NCBI GenBank assembly: GCA_002245135.1
Contig: NGBS01000335.1
Span: forward strand, 1 to 56,080
Direction of reading: 5' to 3'
Source of the DNA: Proteromonas lacertae
Taxonomy: Eukaryota
Length of the DNA: 56,080 nt
Positions 1 to 9,849 of the stretch are shown piece by piece. The translations under genes were made by a program, and so were the position numbers. The notes beneath the pieces were generated by a model. The model was not told the origin of the DNA, searched no databases, and worked only from the letters and a program-made list of their open reading frames with translations. The stretch's first letter is position 1. Each line of letters starts with the position of its first letter.

Positions 1-526
1 AACCAAGGAAGAGACCTCAAAGGACATGAAGCTGGAGACTTTAATCTCAGAAGCATTATCAGTAGTTAATAACCCCGTGAGGTCGGAGGAATTACAAGGG
101 CAAGTCACCTGTGAGCTAAACATCAACACCCAAGGAAGATGAGGACATAGTCACCAGGAGAAGCAGAAGCTTCCTCCGAGGATGTAGAATCGCCTAGCTC
201 AAGAGACCAGAACTTAATCATTAAACGCTAAGTCATAATAAGCAACTGTTGTCCTGGCTGTTGATCAAGATAACATAAAGGAGCAAACGAAGAAGAAGAA
301 GAAGTGAAGTTAGAAGACCTCGGAAAAGTTCATGATTGGAATAATCGGAGAAGTCTATGATCGGATTCTACGTGAAGTGAAACGCCTGGTAGCTATCAGT
401 TTTTAATTTCCAAGTACTTCTCAGGAAGTATGAAGAGATCATTATCTAGCGATAATACTCCAGCAAAGATGCAAAGGACTTCAAGGAGCCCGAGAAGAGA
501 TCGCGCAGTAGTTCCACCGATGGTTA

Positions 527-2422
527 ATGATCCAAGGAGCATTACCTATGGATCAGAGAGTTTTCAACATGCATGAGAAGGAGTTGTCTTCCATGGAGTA
601 CTCTAGGGTAATCCAGATGGAGACTCCTCAGATGACCTTAAGAGATAATCCAGAAGCCTTCGTCAATCAACTATGCTATGGCAATGAACCATTCTACGAT
701 AGATTGGAGCAGATACTGATTGCTCATGTGAACCTCAAAGTAAGCATCACGTTGATTTGTACCTTCGAAGAGACCGCAGGCACCAACAAGATCTATACTG
801 TCAAGTGCGATACATTCCCAATCAACAACTTCATCGATAGGAAGAGCATCCAGGATCTTTTCCAAGCAGCGATTCATGATAAGCTCAATAAGGACTTAGC
901 TCAAGAGAAGTCAGGGATGATCTTCAAGACGATAGATGGGGTCAAAGTAAAGCTAGCAGTCTTTGATAGCATGCAAGGAGGATGTTGTAGGATCCCGAAG
1001 TTGCCAGAGTTTATTGCTAATAAGAAGTGTTGTTGTACAGTAAAGAACACTGACGATCGATGCTTCCTTTACTGCATCGTGATGTTCTTAAAACCTTCCT
1101 GTGGTACTAATCCTAATCGTCCGAAGCAATATGAACCCTTCCTATCCATGGTCGATGATAGCATGTTAACCTACCCAATGGACTTAGACTTCCATCATAA
1201 CAAGATTCAACAGTTCCAGGAGAAGAACCACCTTACCATCTCCATCTTCGGTCTTAAGATCATCAATGAGGAGTCAAAGAAGGAGAAGAACCATATCCAT
1301 TGCGTAGCTCCAATCTACTTACCGAAGATCGATAAGCACTTAAACTACCCCCATGTGAATCTATTCTATCATGAAGGTCACTTCTGGTTAGTCAAGAGTC
1401 TTAGCGCCCTTATGAAGAGATCGTACTCCAAAGACACCGGTAAGAAGAACCACAACACTTACTTTTGTTGTCCTTACTGTTGCTCGGGAACAACTTCCTT
1501 CAGGCAGTTCCTTACTCATCAAAGTTATCCCTGCCAGAAGCTTATCAAGTACCGTATCAAGAGAGAGTTCCCTGACTCAAACGATTATGAGAAGAGCCAT
1601 TGCTTCTTTAAGCACTACAAGAACATGCAATACATCCCCATTGTCATCTACTACGATACCGAGGTCTATTTCAAGAAGGTATCCCACGTTGATGCAGATG
1701 GTAATGCCTTAAACGAAAGCAAGACTGAGGAGTCCAAGAAGTCCCTTCACGTATTATATAGTTACCATATCCTTGTGTGGAGTAGAGTCGATGACTTCCC
1801 TTCAAGGTGCATTGAAGGCAAGAAGACAAGTCCCGATCAGAACTTAGAAGAAGAGCTAGTGAGTCAGTTCCTATTGATCGGAGAGTTGATTGAGGACTAT
1901 TATCGAGAGATCAGTGATAAGCCAAAGGTGATGAGAGTAACTAAGGATGATCAGGTAGCTTTTAATGAAGCAACTAACTGTGCCTTCTGCGGTGAGTTGT
2001 TTACCAAGGAGAACTATAAGGTAAGACATCATGATCACTTCACCGGTAAGTACATCGCAGCCTTATGCAATTCCTGTAACACCGCTTGCCAGATTGCTTA
2101 TATGAGAATCCCGGTGATAGCCCACAATGCTAAGAACTACGATCAGGCGTTCATCCTACGAGAGTTAGCTAAGAGATGCCAAGTAGACGTGATACCAAAG
2201 TCCGATGAGAAGTTCCTTAGCATATCAACCTTACGATTGTCCTTCATTGATAGCTACTGCTTCATGTCCTCTAGCTTAGAGTCTCTTACAGAGTGCTTAC
2301 ATCGTCAGGCAGTCCAGTCCGGGGACTTCAAGAAGTACTTTGCCCCGGTGTTCTACGTGATGAATCAGATCAAGGGATATGATCAAGACTTACCTCATGC
2401 AGAAGAACTACTTCCCTTATGA
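527..2422 (+). CDS. polB: Protein-primed family B DNA polymerase, N-terminal half (terminal-protein-like region, ExoI/ExoII, inserted endonuclease VII-like Zn module)
   Basis: LPEFIANKK..KNTDDRCF; ExoI IVIYYDTE; CAFC..VRHHDHFTGKYIAALCNSCN; ExoII AHNAKNYD; FIDSYCFMSSSLESL. Continues in the +1 frame near 2364-2398. Confidence 0.88.
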   Translation: MIQGALPMDQRVFNMHEKELSSMEYSRVIQMETPQMTLRDNPEAFVNQLCYGNEPFYDRLEQILIAHVNLKVSITLICTFEETAGTNKIYTVKCDTFPINNFIDRKSIQDLFQAAIHDKLNKDLAQEKSGMIFKTIDGVKVKLAVFDSMQGGCCRIPKLPEFIANKKCCCTVKNTDDRCFLYCIVMFLKPSCGTNPNRPKQYEPFLSMVDDSMLTYPMDLDFHHNKIQQFQEKNHLTISIFGLKIINEESKKEKNHIHCVAPIYLPKIDKHLNYPHVNLFYHEGHFWLVKSLSALMKRSYSKDTGKKNHNTYFCCPYCCSGTTSFRQFLTHQSYPCQKLIKYRIKREFPDSNDYEKSHCFFKHYKNMQYIPIVIYYDTEVYFKKVSHVDADGNALNESKTEESKKSLHVLYSYHILVWSRVDDFPSRCIEGKKTSPDQNLEEELVSQFLLIGELIEDYYREISDKPKVMRVTKDDQVAFNEATNCAFCGELFTKENYKVRHHDHFTGKYIAALCNSCNTACQIAYMRIPVIAHNAKNYDQAFILRELAKRCQVDVIPKSDEKFLSISTLRLSFIDSYCFMSSSLESLTECLHRQAVQSGDFKKYFAPVFYVMNQIKGYDQDLPHAEELLPL

Positions 2423-4328
2423 GTATTGTGATGACTTAGCCAAGTACGATGACCCAGAGTTACCACCACAAGAAGCTTTCTACTCAGAGCTCAATATGAA
2501 AGGAATCAATGAGGAGGAGTACAACTTTGCCTGTGAAGTGTTTAAGAAGTTCAAGTGTCAGTCCTTAGGTGATTACAACATGCTTTACTTAGCCGTCGAT
2601 GTTGGCATCCTTGCAAGTGTCTTTGAGAACTTCCGTAATGTTATCCTCGGAGGGTTCCAGTTAGATCCAGCCTGGTACATCTCTGGTCCTAGTTTATCAT
2701 GGGATGCATTCCTCCAGCATGAGCACATCAGCATCCCCTTGATCTCCGAGGAAGACATCTACGACTTCTTCATAGCTGGCCTTTACGGAGGTATCTCATC
2801 TATGGGAAGTGAAAAGTATAGCACTAGTAACAACAAGTATCAGAACAACTACGATCCATCGGAGCCTTCTACTTATATCATGTACAATGACTACAATAGC
2901 TTATACCCATCCACGATGTCCTCCAGCAAGTTACCATGTGGAGATTTCAAGTTCATTGCCACGACCGATGAAGTCATTCAAGAGATCCTCTCGAAGCCTT
3001 ATTACGATGACATGTCTATGAAGGAGTTCAAGGAGCCAGGTAAAGGATACTTCCTCGAAGTCGATATCGAGTGTCCGAGAGAGCTTCATGATAAGTTCAA
3101 GGAGTATGCTTTGTTCCCAGAACGAAAGACAATCGCTTACGATCAGCTATCACCGACTCAGCAGGCATTAGCTCAAGAGTATGGATTGGTGCTAACAACA
3201 GAGGATGGTAAGATGACCATGAAGGTAAAGACCGAGAAGTTGATCTGCGATCTCACCCCTAAGAAGAATTACGTAATCCATTACCAGGCACTTAAGTATG
3301 CAGTTGAACAAGGTTATAAGATACAAGGTGTCCATCGTGTGTTGGAGTTCACCGAAGAACCTCTGATGAAGACCTTTGTGGATGATATGATCCGATACCG
3401 AGTAGATGCAAAGAAGAGCAATCGTACTGCCGATAGTGATACTTATAAGCTATTGTTGAACTCCATCTATGGTAAGAGCTGTGAGCGTAAGGAACGACGA
3501 TCCAGCATCAAGATAGCCTGCTCCGAGAAGACCTTTAAAAAGTACGCTAGCAGCAACTGGTTCGATACCTTCAAGAACTTAGATGAAGAAGATCCAGATC
3601 TCCGATTATGTTATTTCAATAAGTCCGCCTGCTTCATTGACATGCCCATCTTCCTCGGTACATCAATCTTATGCTTATCGAAGTTGAAGATGCAAAGGTT
3701 CTGGTATGATGTTCTCTATCCCTTGTATGGATCCTCCTTGAAGTTGCTTATGACTGATACCGACTCCTTGCTTTACAAGTGTCAGACTGAAGACATCTAT
3801 CGAGATATTATGGAGCATAAGCAGTTCATGAGGATGATGGACACAGGCAATCTCAACGTTGACATCTTAAGGGATAGAGGAATCGTCTATGACAATTACA
3901 AGGACACTGGCAAGTTGAACTTATTGAAATGTGAAGAGAACAAGAATGGTAAGCTTTATACAATCACTCAGTTCGTCGGGATTAAACCAAAGATGTATGC
4001 TTACGAGAAGAGTGAAGCTTCTTCCGTCTACGTTGAATGTGATAGCCGTGCAAAGGGACTCAATAAAGCCTTAAGAGAACAGAAGAACTTTGACGTCTAC
4101 TTCAAGACTCTCTTCAACATGCTACCCATGGAGGATATGAATTGTAAGACCAGGAACTTCCGTGTCCTCGATCAGCACATCTACACCGTAGAGACCACCA
4201 AGAGAGTCTTCACTCCCTTTGATGATAAGAGGTACTTTATCGATCACATTAGAACATTGCCTTATGGGCACTACTCAATACTACCGAAGGATCAAGAGGA
4301 TGATGATGATTTCAATGAGTTGTGGTGA
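2379..4328 (+). CDS. polB: Protein-primed family B DNA polymerase, C-terminal half (ExoIII and polymerase domain)
   Basis: QKNYFPYEY; ExoIII YLAVDV..FENFR; motif A DYNSLYP; motif B KLLLNSIYGK; motif C MTDTDS; KPKMY; AKG; DDKR..TLPYG. Confidence 0.92.
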   Translation: MIKTYLMQKNYFPYEYCDDLAKYDDPELPPQEAFYSELNMKGINEEEYNFACEVFKKFKCQSLGDYNMLYLAVDVGILASVFENFRNVILGGFQLDPAWYISGPSLSWDAFLQHEHISIPLISEEDIYDFFIAGLYGGISSMGSEKYSTSNNKYQNNYDPSEPSTYIMYNDYNSLYPSTMSSSKLPCGDFKFIATTDEVIQEILSKPYYDDMSMKEFKEPGKGYFLEVDIECPRELHDKFKEYALFPERKTIAYDQLSPTQQALAQEYGLVLTTEDGKMTMKVKTEKLICDLTPKKNYVIHYQALKYAVEQGYKIQGVHRVLEFTEEPLMKTFVDDMIRYRVDAKKSNRTADSDTYKLLLNSIYGKSCERKERRSSIKIACSEKTFKKYASSNWFDTFKNLDEEDPDLRLCYFNKSACFIDMPIFLGTSILCLSKLKMQRFWYDVLYPLYGSSLKLLMTDTDSLLYKCQTEDIYRDIMEHKQFMRMMDTGNLNVDILRDRGIVYDNYKDTGKLNLLKCEENKNGKLYTITQFVGIKPKMYAYEKSEASSVYVECDSRAKGLNKALREQKNFDVYFKTLFNMLPMEDMNCKTRNFRVLDQHIYTVETTKRVFTPFDDKRYFIDHIRTLPYGHYSILPKDQEDDDDFNELW

Positions 4329-4480
4329 GATCAGTAACACGCATAAGCTCATAGCTTTTACTATCAACGTGTGTTTAGGGTACTTGTAAAGTCACTGGAG
4401 TAAGAATCATCGGAGATAGCTAGTTGGTCTTTTCCTTATCATTCAAAGAGCTACTTACAATCACTCGCAATTACTTATCA

Positions 4481-4882
4481 ATGGAAGCCATCGGTAACAG
4501 CTTACTCCAGACCGTAGATTGCCCAAGTGATAACAACTACCCGAAGTTACCATCAGAGAATGAAAGGCTAGTGTTAGAGATGTGGATGAACAGGGCCGAG
4601 CAGATCTATCATTCCCTGGTCAGTGGAGAAGCACGTATACTCTACGATGAAGCAATCTCTCGTTATTGTAAAGACGAGATCATCAGTAGTAGCTTCGGAA
4701 AGGCTTACAACCTCTTGGACACTTGCGAGAAGATTAACATGGAGAGTTGTCTTGGACAAGATGCAATGATAAGAGACTTAAGGCATCGACTCAATGACCT
4801 GGAGTTGGAGTATGCAATGGATCGATTACAGATAGATGAAGAAGTTGATCTCAAGTGTCACGAGATACTCATCTTACCATAA
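4481..4882 (+). CDS. Hypothetical protein of the Polinton-like element
   Basis: ORF 4424-4882 with first ATG at 4481; same strand and composition as polB; no recognised motif. Confidence 0.55.
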   Translation: MEAIGNSLLQTVDCPSDNNYPKLPSENERLVLEMWMNRAEQIYHSLVSGEARILYDEAISRYCKDEIISSSFGKAYNLLDTCEKINMESCLGQDAMIRDLRHRLNDLELEYAMDRLQIDEEVDLKCHEILILP

Positions 4883-5025
4883 CAAGAACTTCCTTGGAGT
4901 TGCCATTGTATCGGTAACTAGCTTATAAACATAACCCAGGTACTTTACTTACCGATGTAGTCTTTGGTGAGGTGCTTAGCAATCATTTATTTTATTCCTT
5001 GGAGATAACATTATAAGCAAAGACG

Positions 5026-5433
5026 ATGAAGACGACTTATATCCTTGGAAGGGAAGTCACTCAAGATGATGGTCAGAAGATCCTTTATATTGATGCAAGG
5101 TTCCCATCGATCAAGGACCTTAGAAGGAATAGCAACTACTATGACGTGAGCCGTCAATACGATCATCCCGAGGATGAATCCACTGACGATGATAGCTCCA
5201 GTGAAGATGACCGATCGATCGACTTAGGAAGCGAAGACACTGACAATGAGCAAGAGAACGAAGTGTACCTTGTAGGCAATTCAATTAAGAGAAAAGCATC
5301 TCTAGGAAGCTACTTGAAGGATAAGAGACGTAGACTTAACAATAGCAAGGAGTCTTCCTCTGACGATTCCTCCTCCTTCTCTGAGAAGGATGAGGAATCA
5401 CCGGAGGAAGACTTTACCGAGGACAATGCTTAA
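5026..5433 (+). CDS. Hypothetical acidic, Ser-rich protein with basic NLS-like patches
   Basis: 135-aa ATG ORF; D/E/S tracts flank KRK..KDKRRR. Confidence 0.6.
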   Translation: MKTTYILGREVTQDDGQKILYIDARFPSIKDLRRNSNYYDVSRQYDHPEDESTDDDSSSEDDRSIDLGSEDTDNEQENEVYLVGNSIKRKASLGSYLKDKRRRLNNSKESSSDDSSSFSEKDEESPEEDFTEDNA

Positions 5434-5561
5434 CCAACACCCCCAAGAAGCCAAAGTAAATGATCTTAAGATAATCAACATCCTACATTCATTCTCTAGT
5501 CTTTGTAAGGGGGGTAATAGAAAACATAGCTTCATCATCCCGAGGTAACCAACACTTCTAG

Positions 5562-5684
5562 ATAGCTTCCAGGAGTACCCGTAGGAGATCGTCTCATAGA
5601 TAGGTATAGAAATAGCTTACAGGAGTCCCCGTAGGGAAGTAGGCCCCGTTGAGAAGTAGACCCTGTTAGGAGGAATCCCGTAGG
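5562..5684. repeat. Subterminal direct repeats of the GC-rich element
   Basis: atagcttccaggagtacccgtagg (5562-5585) vs atagcttacaggagtccccgtagg (5612-5635), 22/24 identical; gaagtagRcccYgtt twice (5636-5650, 5653-5667); partial aggaatcccgtagg at 5671-5684. Confidence 0.8.
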
Positions 5685-5710
5685 AACCTTACGTAAATGA
5701 GACTATGGCA

Positions 5711-6216
5711 CAATATGCCAGAGTCCCATTTATATACTATATACTATTTTACAACATATTGTAACATAGATGGAAATATTCAACAAAAGTTAACAATATG
5801 GCTATCTTACAGAATTATGGTCATCTTTACTTGATATATTAAAAATATGAAATAATACATTTACTTATTTAATATTTGTTAAGCCATAAGCATTTAATAA
5901 TATACTGAAGAATTATTAAGAGCAATAGTTAACCAATATTTACATCATTCTGCATTATTCAGATAGTTATCATGATTATGGCTACAATTGAATCAGTATT
6001 TTAAGTATTAAATACTCTTTTATTATTTCTAGCCTTAATTGAAATATACATATTTGTTGATAAATTGAAAGTATTAATTGGAAGCAATGAATAAGGTATA
6101 TTGAACTCTGTATTTGTCTGTAATGCATTTGTTGAATGAAGTTACTTATTATTGAAGACTGTTAATTCTAAAGTGTAAATGAATATATAGTATATAAATG
6201 GGACTCTGGCACAATG
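5711..6216. mobile_element. 501-bp non-coding AT-rich insertion with perfect 28-bp inverted ends and a directly repeated caat(a/g) core
   Basis: 5716-5743 tgccagagtcccatttatatactatata is the exact reverse complement of 6184-6211; cores caata (5711-5715) and caatg (6212-6216); the outer flanks are imperfect copies of the same arm. Confidence 0.75.
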
Positions 6217-6261
6217 TAACAGAGTCCTAACGAGTTTTCTAGGGGTTCTTCCCTTAGTAGT

Positions 6262-6707
6262 ATACCAATTACAGATTGTTATTTCAGTAAAATTCATTAT
6301 CCAACAGAAGTAGTAGAAAGTATAGAAAAAAATTTAAATGAAAAAGAGGTATATAATAAATTATTAATTATGAAAACATAAACATTGATGAAGAAGAATT
6401 TGTCAAATTAAAAGCTTCTATTCATAAATCATATTTTTCATCTATGTTACAAAGTATTAAAGATGATACGATAACAGAAATATACCAATCTCTAATAAAT
6501 TATATATATGATAAAATAGCAGAAAATGAATTTAAAAAATTCATAACAAAAGATTATAGCAATATTGAAAAAGAAGCATCAGGATATAAAATAATTCAAG
6601 ATGATGCTACTTTAAACTATATAAATAATATCTCTACAAAAAGAACAATTTATATGTCAAAGAAATTGAATGTTCATACGAAAAAAAGAATAAAAGAAAG
6701 AAAATAA
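6262..6707 (+). pseudogene. 5'-truncated, frameshifted coding remnant of unknown function
   Basis: Reads IPITDCYFSKIHYPTEVVESIEK.. directly after the GC-rich end, shifts frame near 6365, and continues into ORF 6444-6707. Confidence 0.4.
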
Positions 6708-6979
6708 ACTAAATTTTAATTATTATATTATATAATTATATTGGTTATATTATACGATTTTATCATTTTATCTTGAATATCTATTCAAATACTATACAAT
6801 TATACTATCAATATTTTATCATTTATTCATTCTTTTATTATGTATTTACATTCTTCATATAAACTGTAATAATATATATTAATATTTTCTTTTGTTTTAT
6901 TGATAATACTCTTTTAATAGAATTAATAAGTGCACTAATTCTTGTAATAAGTTGGTCTTTTACTTGCATAGAAGTACAT

Positions 6980-7340
6980 CTATGCCTTTTCATTATCATC
7001 TAAATTCTGTAATCCTTTCTTGATATCTTTGATAAAATAGTCAATATTAAATGATTCTAAGAAAAATAACACATAATAACCACAACCATTGTCCTTACCT
7101 TGCATCAGCTTGGATTCATGATACTTCACTTTAAGTTCATAATCTTTACTGTTCATTACAAATATTGATGAGATTGTATTAACTATTTCACTTCTTTCTT
7201 TAGAATTATATCTAAAATAACCCATTGAATCATAAACTGTAATCTTGATGTATCTGTTTATTATATAATCTGCTTCAAACAATGTCCAATGTAAATCTTT
7301 AACAACTGGAAAAAAATATATTCCATATATGTTGATTTTT
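6980..7340 (-). pseudogene. Ulp1/C48-like (clan CE) cysteine protease remnant
   Basis: In-frame IYFFPVVKDLHWTLF..ITVYDSM..MQGKDNGCGYYVL gives the H, D, Q, C catalytic order of Ulp1; the upstream part is broken. Confidence 0.75.
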
Positions 7341-8086
7341 ATTTTGGTTTTGTCTTGATAATAAAATAGTAATGAATCCTGAATTGGTTATCATCCAACA
7401 TTGTATCTTTGTCTAAAACATCCTTCATATCATTTACTTTTCTAATAATATAATCCTTTTCTGTTCCATAATATCTTACTCCTTCATCGTTAATGAATTG
7501 TATTGAACTTCATCGTACAAGATGTTTTGATTATTGGCATTATCTTCTTTAATCGGCACAACTTGTATATATAGACTAAAATACATTTGTTTAAATGATT
7601 AGAATATAATAATTATAAAATCTTTATATATAAAAAACGAAATATAAACAATAGGCTTGAGTGAGGCTTGATTGTATTCTTTCTTTTTTCATTTTAAATA
7701 TCTACATTAAGTTGCTCTAATTAGAAGACAAAAGAGCTAATAATTGCGATTAAAAAAAGTGCTACATGCAGGTGTATGTCTATTCATTATATCAGTATTT
7801 ATCTCCTATCGAGGATACATCATTCTATGAGGTTAATTTCGATATATAAAGATACTCACAAGTATCTTATTTGGAAGGCTTTTATATTGAAAGAAACAAT
7901 AAATCTTTGGTATAATCTTAATATCATATTTTGTCATAGTATGATAATCGAGTTACTAAGAAACCTTTAAACAGAGAAATAAATAATGATGTGGTTAAAT
8001 ACCATTTGCTTTTCTTCTGTGTGATGAAAATAATGGTATGCTAAGTGTTTAATATAATGCATAAATTTTTATATAAAGTATTACAT

Positions 8087-9814
8087 ATGATCTTATATTA
8101 TAATTTAATAGAATCAATAAGAGGATTGTCATGTATATTTGTTGTTATATATCATTTTTCTTCTAATATATTACCTAATGGATTTATAGGAGTAGATCAA
8201 TTTTTTATAATATCAGGATATTTAATAACATTATCATTACAAAATTATCATCGCAATAAATATAGCTCAGCAAGTTTCTTAAGTAAAAGAATAAGCAGAA
8301 TACTTCCAATGAAGTGTATAGTAATTTACTATGTTTATTTCCTTAATAAATTCAATGAAATTGAGATATTAACAGATTTAGAATATGATAGTATATCATC
8401 ATTTCTATTCATTTTTAATTTCAAGTTGATAAATGATAATAATGATTATTTTTCATCAATTAGTCATAATTTAATATTAAATTTATGGTCTTTATCAGTA
8501 GAAGAACAATATTATTTATACTCTACTCTGATAATATCATTTGAATTATTGTTTACCATTTATTGTGATATTAAATATCATATCTTAATATTCTTATTTT
8601 CAATTTTATTATTTTCGTTCTATTATTCTGAATATAAAATATTCTCATTCTATAGCATATACACAAGATTGTGGGAATTTAGTAGTGGATCTTTTGTTTA
8701 TTATTGTTCTTATCATTTAAATAATAACAATATTATTAATCTTTTATTCATAATTTATATATATGTAACATTATCAGACATTAAAGGCATTAAAATTTAT
8801 ATTTTAATAAATATAATCACATTTTTTCAACTCCTATTCTCCAAAAATAACAATAAATGTGTATTTTCTAATACAGTACTAATTTTTATAGGAAAAATAT
8901 CATATTCAGTATATCTATTACATTATTCTAATTTACTTGTATTTAATAAAATAAATGGTGTAATTATGACATGTATTACAAGTATTATATTTCATTTCTC
9001 AATTGAAATACCTTTTAGAAAGTATATTAATAGCGCAGTAATATTATTTATATATTTTTCATGTTTAGTAAAATATTATGAAACTTATAAAAGAGATTAT
9101 AAACACTCTTTACAGATACATATAGATAAATATTTCATAAAAGATATGTGTTCATTTGATATGATTAATCACTATTTATTATCTAAATATAGTGTATTAC
9201 TATTAGGTGATTCTCATATTTTACATTTTTTAAGATCATTTTATACTAATGAACATTTAGTTACGCTTTATCATTCATATTTATATAATTTAGATGTCTA
9301 TAGAAGAAGATTAAGTAATATTATATATCTATTAAAATATAAATTTGATATTATAATAATTGGATTATATCAAGGATTATTTAATATTTTAGTAATATCA
9401 GATAATCCTTTATTAAGCATTATTCCAAATAACTGTTTATTTAAATCAATTTACTGTTATGGCATTGTAAATAGTAATTGTTCAGTGATAAAACCTTTAA
9501 GCTTATCAAGCTATTTCTATTCAAATCACTTAAATGTATATGATTACAATACCAATAAATTTACAGTGAATGGCACAATATGCAATTTTCATGTAAATGG
9601 AATACCAATATATAGAGATAATAATCATCTTTCTGGATTTTTTGTTCAAGAAATATTACTTAAAGAAATTCATCAGTTATTAAATAGGATTATAAAAAGA
9701 AAATTATGGAAAGACTTATCGTTTACTAATATTAAATATCATTGTATAGAAAGCAAATTTAATATATACAATAAAGTTTGCAAAAAGAATAAATATATAA
9801 TTAACTCATATTGA
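8087..9814 (+). CDS. OafA/OatA-like acyltransferase-3 plus SGNH O-acetyltransferase
   Basis: IRGLSCIFVVIYH; GFIGVDQFFIISGYLIT; KRISRILP; LWSLSVEEQYY; TRLWEF; IGKISYSVYLLH; IEIPFR; SGNH motifs GDSH and RDNNHLS; intronless. Confidence 0.9.
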   Translation: MILYYNLIESIRGLSCIFVVIYHFSSNILPNGFIGVDQFFIISGYLITLSLQNYHRNKYSSASFLSKRISRILPMKCIVIYYVYFLNKFNEIEILTDLEYDSISSFLFIFNFKLINDNNDYFSSISHNLILNLWSLSVEEQYYLYSTLIISFELLFTIYCDIKYHILIFLFSILLFSFYYSEYKIFSFYSIYTRLWEFSSGSFVYYCSYHLNNNNIINLLFIIYIYVTLSDIKGIKIYILINIITFFQLLFSKNNNKCVFSNTVLIFIGKISYSVYLLHYSNLLVFNKINGVIMTCITSIIFHFSIEIPFRKYINSAVILFIYFSCLVKYYETYKRDYKHSLQIHIDKYFIKDMCSFDMINHYLLSKYSVLLLGDSHILHFLRSFYTNEHLVTLYHSYLYNLDVYRRRLSNIIYLLKYKFDIIIIGLYQGLFNILVISDNPLLSIIPNNCLFKSIYCYGIVNSNCSVIKPLSLSSYFYSNHLNVYDYNTNKFTVNGTICNFHVNGIPIYRDNNHLSGFFVQEILLKEIHQLLNRIIKRKLWKDLSFTNIKYHCIESKFNIYNKVCKKNKYIINSY

Positions 9815-9849
9815 ATATAAGTAATTAAAAACATGACATGCTGTTAGAA

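Larger units (their letters stand above)
1..6260 (+). mobile_element. Right-hand part of an endogenous Polinton/adintovirus-like element (protein-primed PolB), cut by the window start
   Basis: Visibly GC-richer (about 40-45% by eye) than the host (about 20-25% by eye); encodes pPolB and two intronless ORFs; subterminal repeats at 5562-5684; GC-rich sequence resumes at 6217-6260 and then abuts a 5'-truncated AT-rich coding stretch. No capsid or integrase gene visible in the window. Confidence 0.75.

Noticed and set aside
1..526. Separate gene upstream of polB
   Set aside because: Looks coding but is broken in all frames; it may be a frameshifted PolB N-terminus and cannot be delimited.
8087..9814. 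Bacterial contamination
   Set aside because: Same composition as the flanks, no operon context, and contiguous with eukaryote-type genes.
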